This document shows, one piece after another, positions 46,534-57,096 of a stretch of DNA of 64,000 bases; the first letter of the stretch is position 1, and each line of letters opens with the position of its first letter. Origin of the DNA: Minutocellus sp. GHC0000111 (taxonomy: Eukaryota); NCBI GenBank assembly GCA_977018835.1, contig OZ361256.1, positions 3,348,001-3,412,000 on the forward strand, written 5' to 3'. The notes under the pieces are model-generated. The model saw only the letters and a program-made list of their open reading frames with translations. It searched no databases and had not been told where the DNA came from. Both the position numbers and the translations under genes were made by a program.

Positions 46534-49506
46534 ATGGCGAGCACGATCGCCGCCGCCTCCTCCGCCGGACGGCGCTCCCTGTCGGCCGGAGCCGCCGCCG
46601 CGTGGCGCCGGCGATGGCGGTACGACACCACCGCCGCCTCCAATACTTCCTTGCTAGGCGCCGTATCTACTGACTATACGAGCTCGGCGCATCCTCGCCG
46701 GTACGCGTCGTCGTCATCGTCATCGTCACCGAATTCGGCAGGTGGTCGTGCCGCTGCTGCGTCAGTGGACGACTGCCGGCGGAACAACAATGGTCAATAT
46801 GATGCCAATGGCAACACTTGTAACCACTACAACCACAACCAACAACCCGAGGCGGGCAGCATCGCCATCCCTCTCGATCCCTCTGCGTTTCAAACAACAA
46901 CAACGTCGGCCCTCGGCCTTGCCGATCTGCTCCTGCCGCACTCGCTGTCGGCGAGTCTAGATTCGCTGGGCCTGTGGAACGCCCGCGTGCCCAGGGGATT
47001 CGAGAACTTTGTCCCCAAGAAGGACCTGAAGAAAGGCGGTGCCGGTGGTGGTGCGTCGGAAGACGGAGGCAAGGATGGCAGTACCGAGAGCGGTGATGAT
47101 GGCAATAGCGGCAAGGACGCCGACAAGTCTACTCCCAACAAGGAAGATGAAAAGGAGGGCTCCCCCTTCGGCAACGTCTTTGGCTCCCACTCCTCCAACA
47201 ACAACGGCGATAAGAAGAAGCAATCCTCCTCCGGAAGTGAAGGATCCGGCGGAGATCCCAACGGCGGAGGACCCTCGCAGCAATCCCTGGCCGCGTCCTT
47301 CCTCCTCCTCGCCATCGTTTACCTCCTGCTCCAACTCACCGACGACGAGAATTCCCAATCCGGCGGAGGAGGCGACGCGCGAGAGATCACGTGGAGCGAA
47401 TTCTACAACCACCTGCTCGAACCCGGCCAGGTGGAGAAGATTGTGGTGACCAACAAGGGGACGGTGGCGAGGGTGTTTTTGAAGCCCGGTGCCAGGGGGT
47501 TGCCCGCGGGATATGCCGGTAGGGGTGGGGCGTTTGCGGGTCTGACCGGAGGTGGTAGAGGTAGAGGTGGTATGGGCCAAGGCGGTGGTGCTGGTTCGAC
47601 GTCCGGGTCGGCCGGGCACTTTGACGACGACACCGTCATGGAGATGGGGGCCGGCAGCGGTGCCAATGGCACCACCACCTCCTCCACCCCCCTCAATGGC
47701 CTCGGCGGCATCCTGTCCAACCGCGGCGGTCAGCTCCCCACCGCCCACCAACCCCAGCTCGTCTACCGCTTCGCCATCGGCTCGGTCGATTCCTTCGAGC
47801 GCAAGCTCGACGAGGCCCAGCGCGAGCTCAACGTCGATCCGCGCGACTTTGTCCCGGTCCAGTACGCCGCCGATTCCACCGTGGCCACGGAACTTCTCGG
47901 CGTCGTCCCCAGTTTGCTGTTGGTGGGGGTCATGTTTGCCATGCTCCGCGGTGCGGCCGGTGCCGCCGGCGGTGGACCGGGGGGACCCGGCGGCATGTTC
48001 AAGTTTGGCAAGTCCAACGCCAAGAAGATCAGCAAGGAGGACGTCCACGTCAACTTTCGCGACGTGGCGGGATGTCAGGAGGCCAAGAAAGAGATTATGG
48101 AATTTGTCGACTTTTTGCAGGATTCCACCAGGTTTACGAAACTCGGTGCCAAGATCCCCAAGGGGGCGCTGCTGTGCGGTCCGCCGGGTACGGGTAAGAC
48201 GCTTCTGGCCAAGGCCGTGGCAGGTGAGGCCGGTGTGCCTTTCTTTTCCATTTCGGGTTCGGACTTTATCGAGATGTTTGTCGGTGTCGGTCCCTCCCGC
48301 GTCCGTGATTTGTTCAAGGAGGCCCGTTCCTCGGCACCGTGCATCATCTTTATTGATGAGATCGACGCCATCGGTCGAAAACGTGGCCGTGGTGCTGCCG
48401 GTGGCAATGACGAGAGAGAAAATACTTTGAACCAATTGCTGGTGGAGATGGATGGCTTCAATCCTTCGTCGGGAGTTGTTGTTCTTGCCGGTACCAACCG
48501 AGTGGACATCCTGGACGAGGCCCTGACCCGACCGGGACGATTTGATAGGCAAGTTGTGGTGGACAAGCCCGATTTGCAGGGTCGCAAGGAGATTTTCCTT
48601 GTGCATTTGCAAGGCATCACTCTCGATGGGGAGCCAGAAGACGTTGCCGGTCGGTTGGCTGGTCTCACACCTGGCTTTGCCGGAGCTGACATTGCCAATA
48701 TCTGTAACGAGGCCGCAATTGTAGCTGCCAGGCGCAAGGCCGACACGGTCGCCATTGAGGACTTTGAGAAGGCCACTGATCGAGTCATTGGCGGTCTCGA
48801 GAGCAACAAGATCATCTCCAAGCAAGAAAGAGAAATTGTGGCGCATCACGAGGCCGGACACGCCGTCGCTGGCTGGTTCCTCGAGCATGCCGACCCTCTG
48901 CTCAAGGTGACTATCATTCCTCGAAGTAGTGGAGCACTCGGCTTTGCGCAATACCTCCCCAAGGAAGTCTTTCTGCGAACAGAAGAGCAAATCATGGACA
49001 TTGTCTCGATGGCACTCGCCGGTCGGGCAGCTGAGGAGGTATTCTTTGGTGATGTCACGACCGGCGCTAGTGATGATCTGCGAAGAGTCACCGATCTCGT
49101 CTACTCAACCATCCAAATGTACGGCATGAACCCCAACGTTGGACAGCTTGCCTTCCCCAAGGACCCCAACGCCTTCTTTGATGAGAAGCCCTACTCGGCC
49201 AAGACGGCCAAGATCATGGACGAGCAGGCCCGTGAGATTGTCGACAAGGCTTACGAGCGAACGGTCAATCTCATCCGAGAGAAGAAGGCCGAGGTCGAGG
49301 CTGTCGCCAAGAGCCTTCTGGAGAAGGAGACGATCGTGCACGACGATATCATTGAGCTGATTGGACCTCGACCATTTAAGGCAGATCCCGCGTACGAAGA
49401 ATTCATCAAGAGAAGACAAGCCGACAAGGAAGCTCACAAGGATGACGACAAGAAATCCGAGGAAGATTCTGAGTCGAGTGAAGATGAATTGAGGATGCTG
49501 GTCTGA
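46534..49506 (+). CDS. AFG3: Mitochondrial m-AAA protease (AFG3/paraplegin-type FtsH)
   Basis: FtsH_ext domain between two TMs, Walker A GPPGTGKT, Walker B IIFIDEID, SRH TNR...RPGRFDR, and HEAGH. Confidence 0.92.
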   Translation: MASTIAAASSAGRRSLSAGAAAAWRRRWRYDTTAASNTSLLGAVSTDYTSSAHPRRYASSSSSSSPNSAGGRAAAASVDDCRRNNNGQYDANGNTCNHYNHNQQPEAGSIAIPLDPSAFQTTTTSALGLADLLLPHSLSASLDSLGLWNARVPRGFENFVPKKDLKKGGAGGGASEDGGKDGSTESGDDGNSGKDADKSTPNKEDEKEGSPFGNVFGSHSSNNNGDKKKQSSSGSEGSGGDPNGGGPSQQSLAASFLLLAIVYLLLQLTDDENSQSGGGGDAREITWSEFYNHLLEPGQVEKIVVTNKGTVARVFLKPGARGLPAGYAGRGGAFAGLTGGGRGRGGMGQGGGAGSTSGSAGHFDDDTVMEMGAGSGANGTTTSSTPLNGLGGILSNRGGQLPTAHQPQLVYRFAIGSVDSFERKLDEAQRELNVDPRDFVPVQYAADSTVATELLGVVPSLLLVGVMFAMLRGAAGAAGGGPGGPGGMFKFGKSNAKKISKEDVHVNFRDVAGCQEAKKEIMEFVDFLQDSTRFTKLGAKIPKGALLCGPPGTGKTLLAKAVAGEAGVPFFSISGSDFIEMFVGVGPSRVRDLFKEARSSAPCIIFIDEIDAIGRKRGRGAAGGNDERENTLNQLLVEMDGFNPSSGVVVLAGTNRVDILDEALTRPGRFDRQVVVDKPDLQGRKEIFLVHLQGITLDGEPEDVAGRLAGLTPGFAGADIANICNEAAIVAARRKADTVAIEDFEKATDRVIGGLESNKIISKQEREIVAHHEAGHAVAGWFLEHADPLLKVTIIPRSSGALGFAQYLPKEVFLRTEEQIMDIVSMALAGRAAEEVFFGDVTTGASDDLRRVTDLVYSTIQMYGMNPNVGQLAFPKDPNAFFDEKPYSAKTAKIMDEQAREIVDKAYERTVNLIREKKAEVEAVAKSLLEKETIVHDDIIELIGPRPFKADPAYEEFIKRRQADKEAHKDDDKKSEEDSESSEDELRMLV

Positions 49507-49607
49507 CTCCTGGCATGGCGTAAACCTTCTGGACTGTGCATACTCGCGTAGCTAACTACTGTATAGACATTGTGCAATATTTACAGTATGCTTACAACTA
49601 CCTCTAC

Positions 49608-50855
49608 TCACTTTCTGGAATATGTGAATACGCTTCTCCAACTATTGCTTGGCTGGGCTTTCGTCCAAGATGTTGGTAATCTCGTAAGAAGGGGTACCAT
49701 GGCAACGCCGAGTGCCTTCATTCGTCGAAGTTGAGCCAATGATGTTCCGAGGCTGCTATTGGCAACTATGCCAAGTGAAGAGCCAAGCTCGGCACTACTT
49801 CCCAGGCCAGCCCCGGGCTGCTTGGTGATGATTCTGATCATTCCTGACACAACACCAATAAGGGCAATTCGTGCAGCGGCCGTCAATACTGGGGATTCAT
49901 CGGTCGTATTGCCAGGACGATATTCCACAGGAATGAAGTTACTTCTGTCTCGGCCATATTTCCGCTGGACGTCTTCCAGCTTGCGTTCGAAGGATGCATC
50001 TATGGAAAGGCGGTATACTTTTTGTGGTTGGCCGTGTGAACTCCTGCTGGGTGCTTCGATGCCATCATGATGAAAGTTGGTGGAGCTCCAGGGGATGCTG
50101 CCTGTTTTTGTCGACTCTTCGTCGTCAGGTTTGGCATCTCCAAATTGCATTTGTGTTGTATTGTTATCAATAATATTGTTTCGTTGGTCTTGCTCCGATT
50201 TCTGGGCATTGCCGCGTGCCTTCTCCTTACCATCTTCATTGCTAGTTTCCTCCAAAACATAAATTCTAGCCGCCGTATTGTTATCGGTAACAACAATTCT
50301 TTCCACCTTGCCGTCATGTACGAGCTGTAGCAGATCCACCCACGTAGTCTCCGTGGACATTACCGCATGTTCGGCCTCGTCATCGATATGGCTGAGGACG
50401 TACAGGCCCATAATGGCGGCAAGGGCCGAAATGTAGGCGCAGGTTGGTACCTCGTGATTGTTGCGATTGTTGTTGTTTCCGCCACGACCAAAGTTGCCGC
50501 CGCCGCCGCCGCCACTGTGGCCACTTGAATTATTTTTGTGATTTGATTGCCGACCATCGCTCGCGGCCGATATGACAGGGGCGCTTGTGGAGTGCGAACT
50601 TGCCACGAAAGAACGGATCTGCCTCCTTTGTCCACCCAGTATGTTCTGAGAATGTTCTCGCTTGAGAACAAGACATGAGAATGAGCGGCTGCTGCAGCTC
50701 GCAGGAGAGGCATTCGAGAGAGATGAAGAAACAGTCGCCAGCGCCGCTGGTCGACGGGCTGCAGCTGAACGTAGCATTGCTGTCAAGGGTCTGCTCACGG
50801 TAGTGGCTCTTGGGACGAGCGAGAACGCAAATGTGGACGGCGTCATTGCTGCCAT
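49608..50855 (-). CDS. AFG3-derived protein with only presequence + TM + FtsH_ext domain + TM (no AAA or protease domain)
   Basis: TTWVDLLQLVHDGKVERIVV and VYRLSIDASFERKLEDVQ...FIPVEY align with ITWSEF..GQVEKIVV and VYRFAIGSVDSFERKLDEAQ...FVPVQY of the neighbouring AFG3. Confidence 0.7.
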   Translation of the reverse strand: MAAMTPSTFAFSLVPRATTVSRPLTAMLRSAAARRPAALATVSSSLSNASPASCSSRSFSCLVLKREHSQNILGGQRRQIRSFVASSHSTSAPVISAASDGRQSNHKNNSSGHSGGGGGGNFGRGGNNNNRNNHEVPTCAYISALAAIMGLYVLSHIDDEAEHAVMSTETTWVDLLQLVHDGKVERIVVTDNNTAARIYVLEETSNEDGKEKARGNAQKSEQDQRNNIIDNNTTQMQFGDAKPDDEESTKTGSIPWSSTNFHHDGIEAPSRSSHGQPQKVYRLSIDASFERKLEDVQRKYGRDRSNFIPVEYRPGNTTDESPVLTAAARIALIGVVSGMIRIITKQPGAGLGSSAELGSSLGIVANSSLGTSLAQLRRMKALGVAMVPLLTRLPTSWTKAQPSNSWRSVFTYSRK

Positions 50856-51008
50856 TCTTGACTTCGCTTCGACTTGTCCGTGTCACTTTTATTTTTCATG
50901 GTGCGTGGCGCCAAAAAGGATGACGCCGATGGTCGCGACTAAGGTATACAAAGCGTGAAAAGCCCCCCGCGTATTCAGCAGATCCAAGGCGCGTCGCTCA
51001 GGACCTCA

Positions 51009-53670
51009 GGAAACCAGACTTTTTCCGAAGGCGAAACGGCGTTTTTGGGCCTTTTTCCGAAGATTTCCTTCGGAAATCGTCCAGGGACACGGATCTCGCC
51101 TCGTACATTCTACGTAGGAATCAGTATGTCGAGAGGTGCACGCAGTGTCTCCTTGCGTTTTCCGAAGATCATTTTCGGAAAACGAGGACCTCTTAGAGAT
51201 GTTTCGGGGTTTTAGGGCGCTTCGCGCAGCTCTGTTGCTTTGGGCCTTTGGCTTTTTGGCGCAAGCGCATCGCAGAGGTCAAAATGATCGTCGCATCCGC
51301 AGCCGAACCATGAGGTTGAGATAGCGACCGAAAAACGAGAGTTTTCAGGGCTGTGTTGTCACCTGGGTTGCTAGGCTCTATGTAACGTGGAATCGTCTGT
51401 TCAAACAAGCCGGCAAGCCACATCAAGCAATCTGCCCGCGACCCACATGACCGTGGTGCCACCTTGGTGGAACATTTTTTTGCGAAGCCGGCCCACCTCT
51501 TCTTGCATGTGCTTCGTTTTGAATCTCTCTGGCGTGTCGGAGCTACTGTCGTCGTCACCGTCGTTCGAGATGATTATCAGCCGTCGATTGATGGCTCTGG
51601 CCGCCGACTCTGGCGCGTCCTTGTCGATTTCGAGGGAGTCCATTCCCGCCCTTCGCATCTCGGTCGTTTCGCCCGTCCACTCATCTCCGCGCCCCTTATC
51701 AGCAGATAGAGATGCTCCCAGCAAGCACCACGAGCTTTTCGGAGCGGCGGATGACATGTGTCGAAGAGCTACTGCCTGCGACATGCCATGTTGTTGGTGG
51801 AGAACATGATGAGATGTTGTGTGAGGGCCACCATTTTAGAATGTGACATGTTATGAAAGACATAGGGGGGAAGAATCAAAGATACGGTGTAGAATAGACA
51901 TATATAACGCTAGTGATAGGCATGTAGGCTCATCTTTAAGTAGATACTTGGCATGTCGACTTTACCAGTAGATAGATCAAACCCGATCTCTGTTGATTTT
52001 TAGCAACGCTGCATTTTTTTCCAAGTTTTTCGCTTCTGTATGACGTGTCTCTTCGGAAAGCTCCTTCGGAAAAACCTTCGGAAAACGTCCTTGACACGCG
52101 GAAACCAGACTTTTTCCGAAGGCGAAACGGCGTTTTTGGGCCTTTTTCCGAAGATTTCCTTCGGAAATCGTCCAGGGACACGGATCTCGCCTCGTACATT
52201 CTACGTAGGAATCAGTATGTCGAGAGGTGCACGCAGTGTCTCCTTGCGTTTTCCGAAGATCATTTTCGGAAAACGAGGACCTCTTAGAGATGTTTCGGGG
52301 TTTTAGGGCGCTTCGCGCAGCTCTGTTGCTTTGGGCCTTTGGCTTTTTGGCGCAAGCGCATCGCAGAGGTCAAAATGATCGTCGCATCCGCAGCCGAACC
52401 ATGAGGTTGAGATAGCGACCGAAAAACGAGAGTTTTCAGGGCTGTGTTATCACCTGGGTTGCTAGGCTCTATGTAACGTGGAATCGTCTGTTCAAACAAG
52501 CCGGCAAGCCACATCAGGCGATCTCCCCCCGCGACCCACATGACCGTGGTGCCCCACCGTGGAACATTCTTTTGCGAAGCCGGCCCACCTCTTCTTGCAT
52601 GTGCTTCGTTTTGAATCTCTCTGGCGTGTCGGAGCTACTGTCGTCGTCACCGTCGTTCGAGATGATTATCAGCCGTCGATTGATGGCTCTGGCCGCCGAT
52701 TCTGGCGCGTCCTTGTCGATTTCGAGGGAGTCCATTCCCGCCCTTCGTATCTCGGTCGTTTCGCCCGTCCACTCATCTCCGCGCCCCTTATCAGCAGATA
52801 GAGATGCTCCCAGCAAGCACCACGAGCTTTTCGGAGCGGCGGATGACATGTGTCGAAGAGCTACTGCCTCCGACATGCCATGTTGTTGGTGGAGAACATG
52901 ATGAGATGTGAGAGGGCCATTTTAGATAATGTGACATGTTATGAAAGACATAGGGGGGAAGAATCAAAGATACGGTGTAGAATAGACATATATAACGCTA
53001 GTGATAGGCATGTAGGCTCATCTTTAAGTAGATACTTGGCATATCGATTTTACCAGTAGATAGATCTAACCCGATCTCTGTTGATTTTTAGCAATGCTGC
53101 ATTTTTTTCCAAGTTTTTCGCTTCTGTATGACGTGTCTCTTCGGAAAGCTCCTTCGGAAAAACCTTCGGAAAACGTCCTTGACACGCGGAAACCAGACTT
53201 TTTCCGAAGGCGAAACGGCGTTTTTGGGCCTTTTTCCGAAGATTTCCTTCGGAAATCGTCCAGGGACACGGATCTCGCCTCGTACATTCTACGTAGGAAT
53301 CAGCATGTCGAGAGGTGCACGCAGTGTCTCCTTGCGTTTTCCGAAGATCATTTTCGGAAAACGAGGACCTCTTAGAGATGTTTCGGGGTTTTAGGGCGCT
53401 TCGCGCAGCTCTGTTGCTTTGGGCCTTTGGCTTTTTGGCGCAAGCGCATCGCAGAGGTCAAAATGATCGTCGTATCCGCAGCCGAACCATGAGGTTGAGA
53501 CAGCGACCGAAAAACGAGAGTTTTCAGGGCTGTGTTGTCACACCTGGGTTGCTAGGCTCTGTGTAACACGTGGAATCGTCTGTTCAAACAAGCCGCCGGC
53601 AAGCCACACATCAGGCGATCCCCGCGACCCACATGTGACCGTGGTGCCACCGTGGAACAATTTTTTGCGA
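51009..53670. repeat. Tandem repeat, ~1090-bp unit, about 2.4 near-identical copies
   Basis: GGAAACCAGACTTTTTCCGAAGG recurs at 51009, 52100 and 53188, and the same short ORF translations recur in each unit. Confidence 0.92.
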
Positions 53671-54429
53671 CGCTACCTTCGACGGTCGAGATCCTGTTCT
53701 AGCGCATACCAGCATCACTCTCTCGCAACGCATGTGTTCGTCTTCTTTCTTGGCATCCTTGCAATGGTGTACCAAGACTTTCCAGGGCGCATTGGGCCAT
53801 TCTTTGGGCACCGGTAATCATTTTGGTTTCGCTCGTCACTGCTGGTGTGCTTGGTCTGCACGGACATTTCCCTCCTCTCGGCCTTGGCGGGGCATTCGGC
53901 GTTGCCGTGTCGGTTGTTGGATGATGTTTTTACTACGTCCAACTCTTTGCTCCCCCCTGATTATGAGAAATGACAGGAGGAACATCACACCGAGACATCT
54001 TGAGTTTCAGTTGCAAACCTTGGTGGTCGTGTACAACATAGTGTGTTTGTCGGTAGATCTCATTGCATCATTCTGGGCTGCGCCTGCTGCGATTGCATTC
54101 TTGAAGCGCGCATGCAGAGAAAGTTGTGAAGAGGTGTACGTTGGCGTTTCTTGTACATTTTGAAGCTTCGGCGGTTATAACCATTGACGGTAAAGCTGAA
54201 AGAAAACGTTTATTAAAGGGACTGTACCGGCACATATATGTACCTAGGTAGTTGCATGATGGCGTGTGGGTGCTGTTTGACTTTTTTGAGCTCTTTTCCA
54301 GCAAGCTTCATATACCAAAACATCAAGAGGTTCCTTGTACTTTCTACCGCGAATCTTGCTGATGACTGCGCATGGCTCTTTTATCTTAAAGGGCACATGC
54401 TCCTCGCCTGCCTCGTCAAGTTCCAGTAA

Positions 54430-55970
54430 ATGCTACCACTTGCGATCATGATTGCCCGTTTGTCCATTATTGTTGCCCTTTACCTAGTGACCGCCCGTGC
54501 TGAAGCCGTCGCCGAAGATGTGTCGCCTCTCAACGCAACCGATTGCGAAGGCGTGTCTTTCGAGGGTGACGTCGATTGTAGCATGGAACTTCCCAACGAG
54601 CCCATGACCAACGGCACCGAGTGCAATGGAACCTCATTCAACGCTCAGGTCGACTGTGACATGATAGGTTCGGCGGAGGACGCAGGCGGCGAAGAAGCCG
54701 GCGTCGAAATGACTGTGGGGACTATTCCCGGTCTCGAAAGTTCGGACGAGGACCTTCTCGTGCAAACTACCGCCTTTGAGCTGTTCTTCCGCCCTCCTTG
54801 GGCAGGTGCCCTTTCGCGAACGCTCATGGGGTGGAATTCGGGCATGCCAACGCAGCTGACATCGCATGTTCCGGGCGATACGTCATCGACGTACGATGCT
54901 AACTTATCCGATCTGTGCAAGGATGAGATCGGTGGGGAATACCTCACAAGCGGCAATGTCGGGTACTGCTATGTCGAAGACGAATGGACGCAGTTGGTCA
55001 GTGGTGTGCCTGGAATATCAGCATCCTTCCCTTCCATGGAATCGACGTGCCTCGAACTTGGAGGCCATCCCGTTGGCAGCAACAAGCAGTATTGTGCTCT
55101 CAAGGGGCCGTGGACTCAGCTTTACGAACGCGTCCCCGGCGCGTCATCTTGGACCGGCGGCCTCGACAGCATCTGCGATGAGATCGGCGGGACGAGATTT
55201 AGTGGTGCCAACAGCAACTTTTGCTTCGTCAAGGGGGACTATTCTCAGTTTTCGACGAGGATGGCTGGCGATTCGTCGTGGACTTCTTCGTTTCCTCAAT
55301 ATCTCTGTGATGAGATGAATGGGCATTCGTTTGGCACGATGTTCATCGTGGAAGGACTTTGGGCGCAGCTTACCACAAAGCTCCCATTCGAGACTAGTTG
55401 GATAACTTATTTTCCCTCGACTATTTGCGATGACTTGGAGGGAGTGTCTTTGCAGACCGATTTTGTGCAGTGGAGGGTCCTCATACGCAGCTCAGTACCA
55501 AGATGATTGGAGATACTCAGTGGCAGACTTACTTTCCCAGCTCGGTTTGTTCTGATCTCGAAGGCTCTGTATTCGCTGATAGGTATTGTGCTGTGAGTGG
55601 CCAGTTTGCTCAGCTCAGCACACGCCTTCCCGATGACAGTCGGTGGCCTACCTATTTCCCCTCTTCCACATGTGATGATTTTGTTGGACAAACCTTCGCC
55701 GATAGATACTGTGCTACCAAGGGCCCAGTAAGCCAGCTGACGACCAGATATCCTGGAGCCAATAGTTGGACGACTTATTTTCCTCAGTCAGTATGTGACA
55801 AGTTTCAGGGATCAAGATTCGCCGACAGGTACTGCGGTGCAAAAGGTCCAAGTCCAATGCCGGGCCCATCTCCATCTCCAACTTCAAGCGCGCCATTTGC
55901 GTTCCGCGGGAGATCGTCCTTTGTTGCACTCACTCTCATCGTCGCATCAAGTTTGACCTTCTTCTTGTAA
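54430..55970 (+). CDS. Secreted, probably GPI-anchored protein with eight ~41-aa Cys-containing repeats; probable indel near 55445
   Basis: Signal peptide; repeats of the form xQL...PG...W..YFP...CD...G..FADRYC...G; PSPSP stalk and hydrophobic C-terminus. Confidence 0.75.
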
Positions 55971-56124
55971 TTGCTGGAAACGATCGCACAAACAAGCATT
56001 TTCCATCTTTATCGATCCTATCGGTACCGTCGTACTAAAGTGAAGATCAATGTGAAGATTGAGTACATGTAGCTTTACATTGATGTATGAAGAGGTGCAC
56101 ATTGTAGCGATAATCTAATTTAAG

Positions 56125-56757
56125 TTAGGAATGATTAATGTAGGATGCCGCACCGATAATAGCAGCCATTCCTGTGGTAAAGGCAAAATGCATATTATTG
56201 TCAGCGCCGGCGGAGGTTGTTGTGTCACTCGTGGAAATGCAACTTGGCTCCCATTCCGCTTCACTGTATTGATCCAAATCATAGCACTCGGGTTCGTCCT
56301 CCGGGCAAGCTTGAATGTCCTCGCTGATATCTTCAGATACTCCATTGGTGCAGAGAACAGTAGTCCTCACGATGACGCTTGGTTCTTCTCCATCGGTGGC
56401 CTCGTAATTATGACGGCAGAATGCTTCTGTGGTGTAAGTATCTCCATCGGCTAAAATGACCACGTTGCCCCTCATGTCGCCGACTTCGCAGCTTGCGGGG
56501 TTGGATGCAGCCTCGCCAGGATCTCCACCTTCATTTGATGCCACATCATCGTCGCAACCAAATTGCAGCGGGCAAGACTCCATGATCGCGATGTTGGTGC
56601 AACCGCTCGCCTCGAGATCTTGGCATGCTTGGAGGTTCTCCTCATTCATGCAGGCTTCGTCGGTTGCTGCCACTCTGGCGCAGACGCCCTGCGCATTCGA
56701 CGGGGACGCGCGGGCCAGCAGGGCCGCGAGGAGGAACAGAGTGGAGAAAACCTGCAT
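56125..56757 (-). CDS. Secreted or GPI-anchored Cys-rich acidic protein
   Basis: Signal peptide, CMNEENLQACQDL...GC...ESCPLQFGC module and hydrophobic C-terminal tail. Confidence 0.7.
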   Translation of the reverse strand: MQVFSTLFLLAALLARASPSNAQGVCARVAATDEACMNEENLQACQDLEASGCTNIAIMESCPLQFGCDDDVASNEGGDPGEAASNPASCEVGDMRGNVVILADGDTYTTEAFCRHNYEATDGEEPSVIVRTTVLCTNGVSEDISEDIQACPEDEPECYDLDQYSEAEWEPSCISTSDTTTSAGADNNMHFAFTTGMAAIIGAASYINHS

Positions 56758-57096
56758 GACGGTATTATTACCTATTGGCTAGAATCAGAGTGGTAAACTT
56801 GTGCAGGATTTTGAAGAGTGATGCGGTGCTCATCATGAATACGAAAGCGACATCTTGGCTTCAACTCGGCCTGCATCCTGACAGCAGATATTGGGTATGC
56901 TGAAATAATGTTCTGATTACTAATAAGGCTTCCTGAAAAGAATTATATCCATGATTTATGGAGTCTAAATACTAATTGAATATATCTAATTATCGGGGGG
57001 CTTTTCTCTCCTCGCATTCATTCTACCGTGCCACCCATGCACTTGGCCAACTTACTCTGACTATTGTGATCGGCAGGCACATTACCACAATGAACA

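Noticed and set aside
46957..48990. Long antisense ORFs (677 aa opposite AFG3; others opposite GAPDH, USP and the AT-hook gene)
   Set aside because: These are shadow ORFs caused by the GC-rich codon bias of the sense gene and show no recognisable motifs.
51009..53670. CRISPR array or rDNA-type repeat
   Set aside because: There is no constant repeat with unique spacers, no cas genes and no recognisable rRNA sequence.
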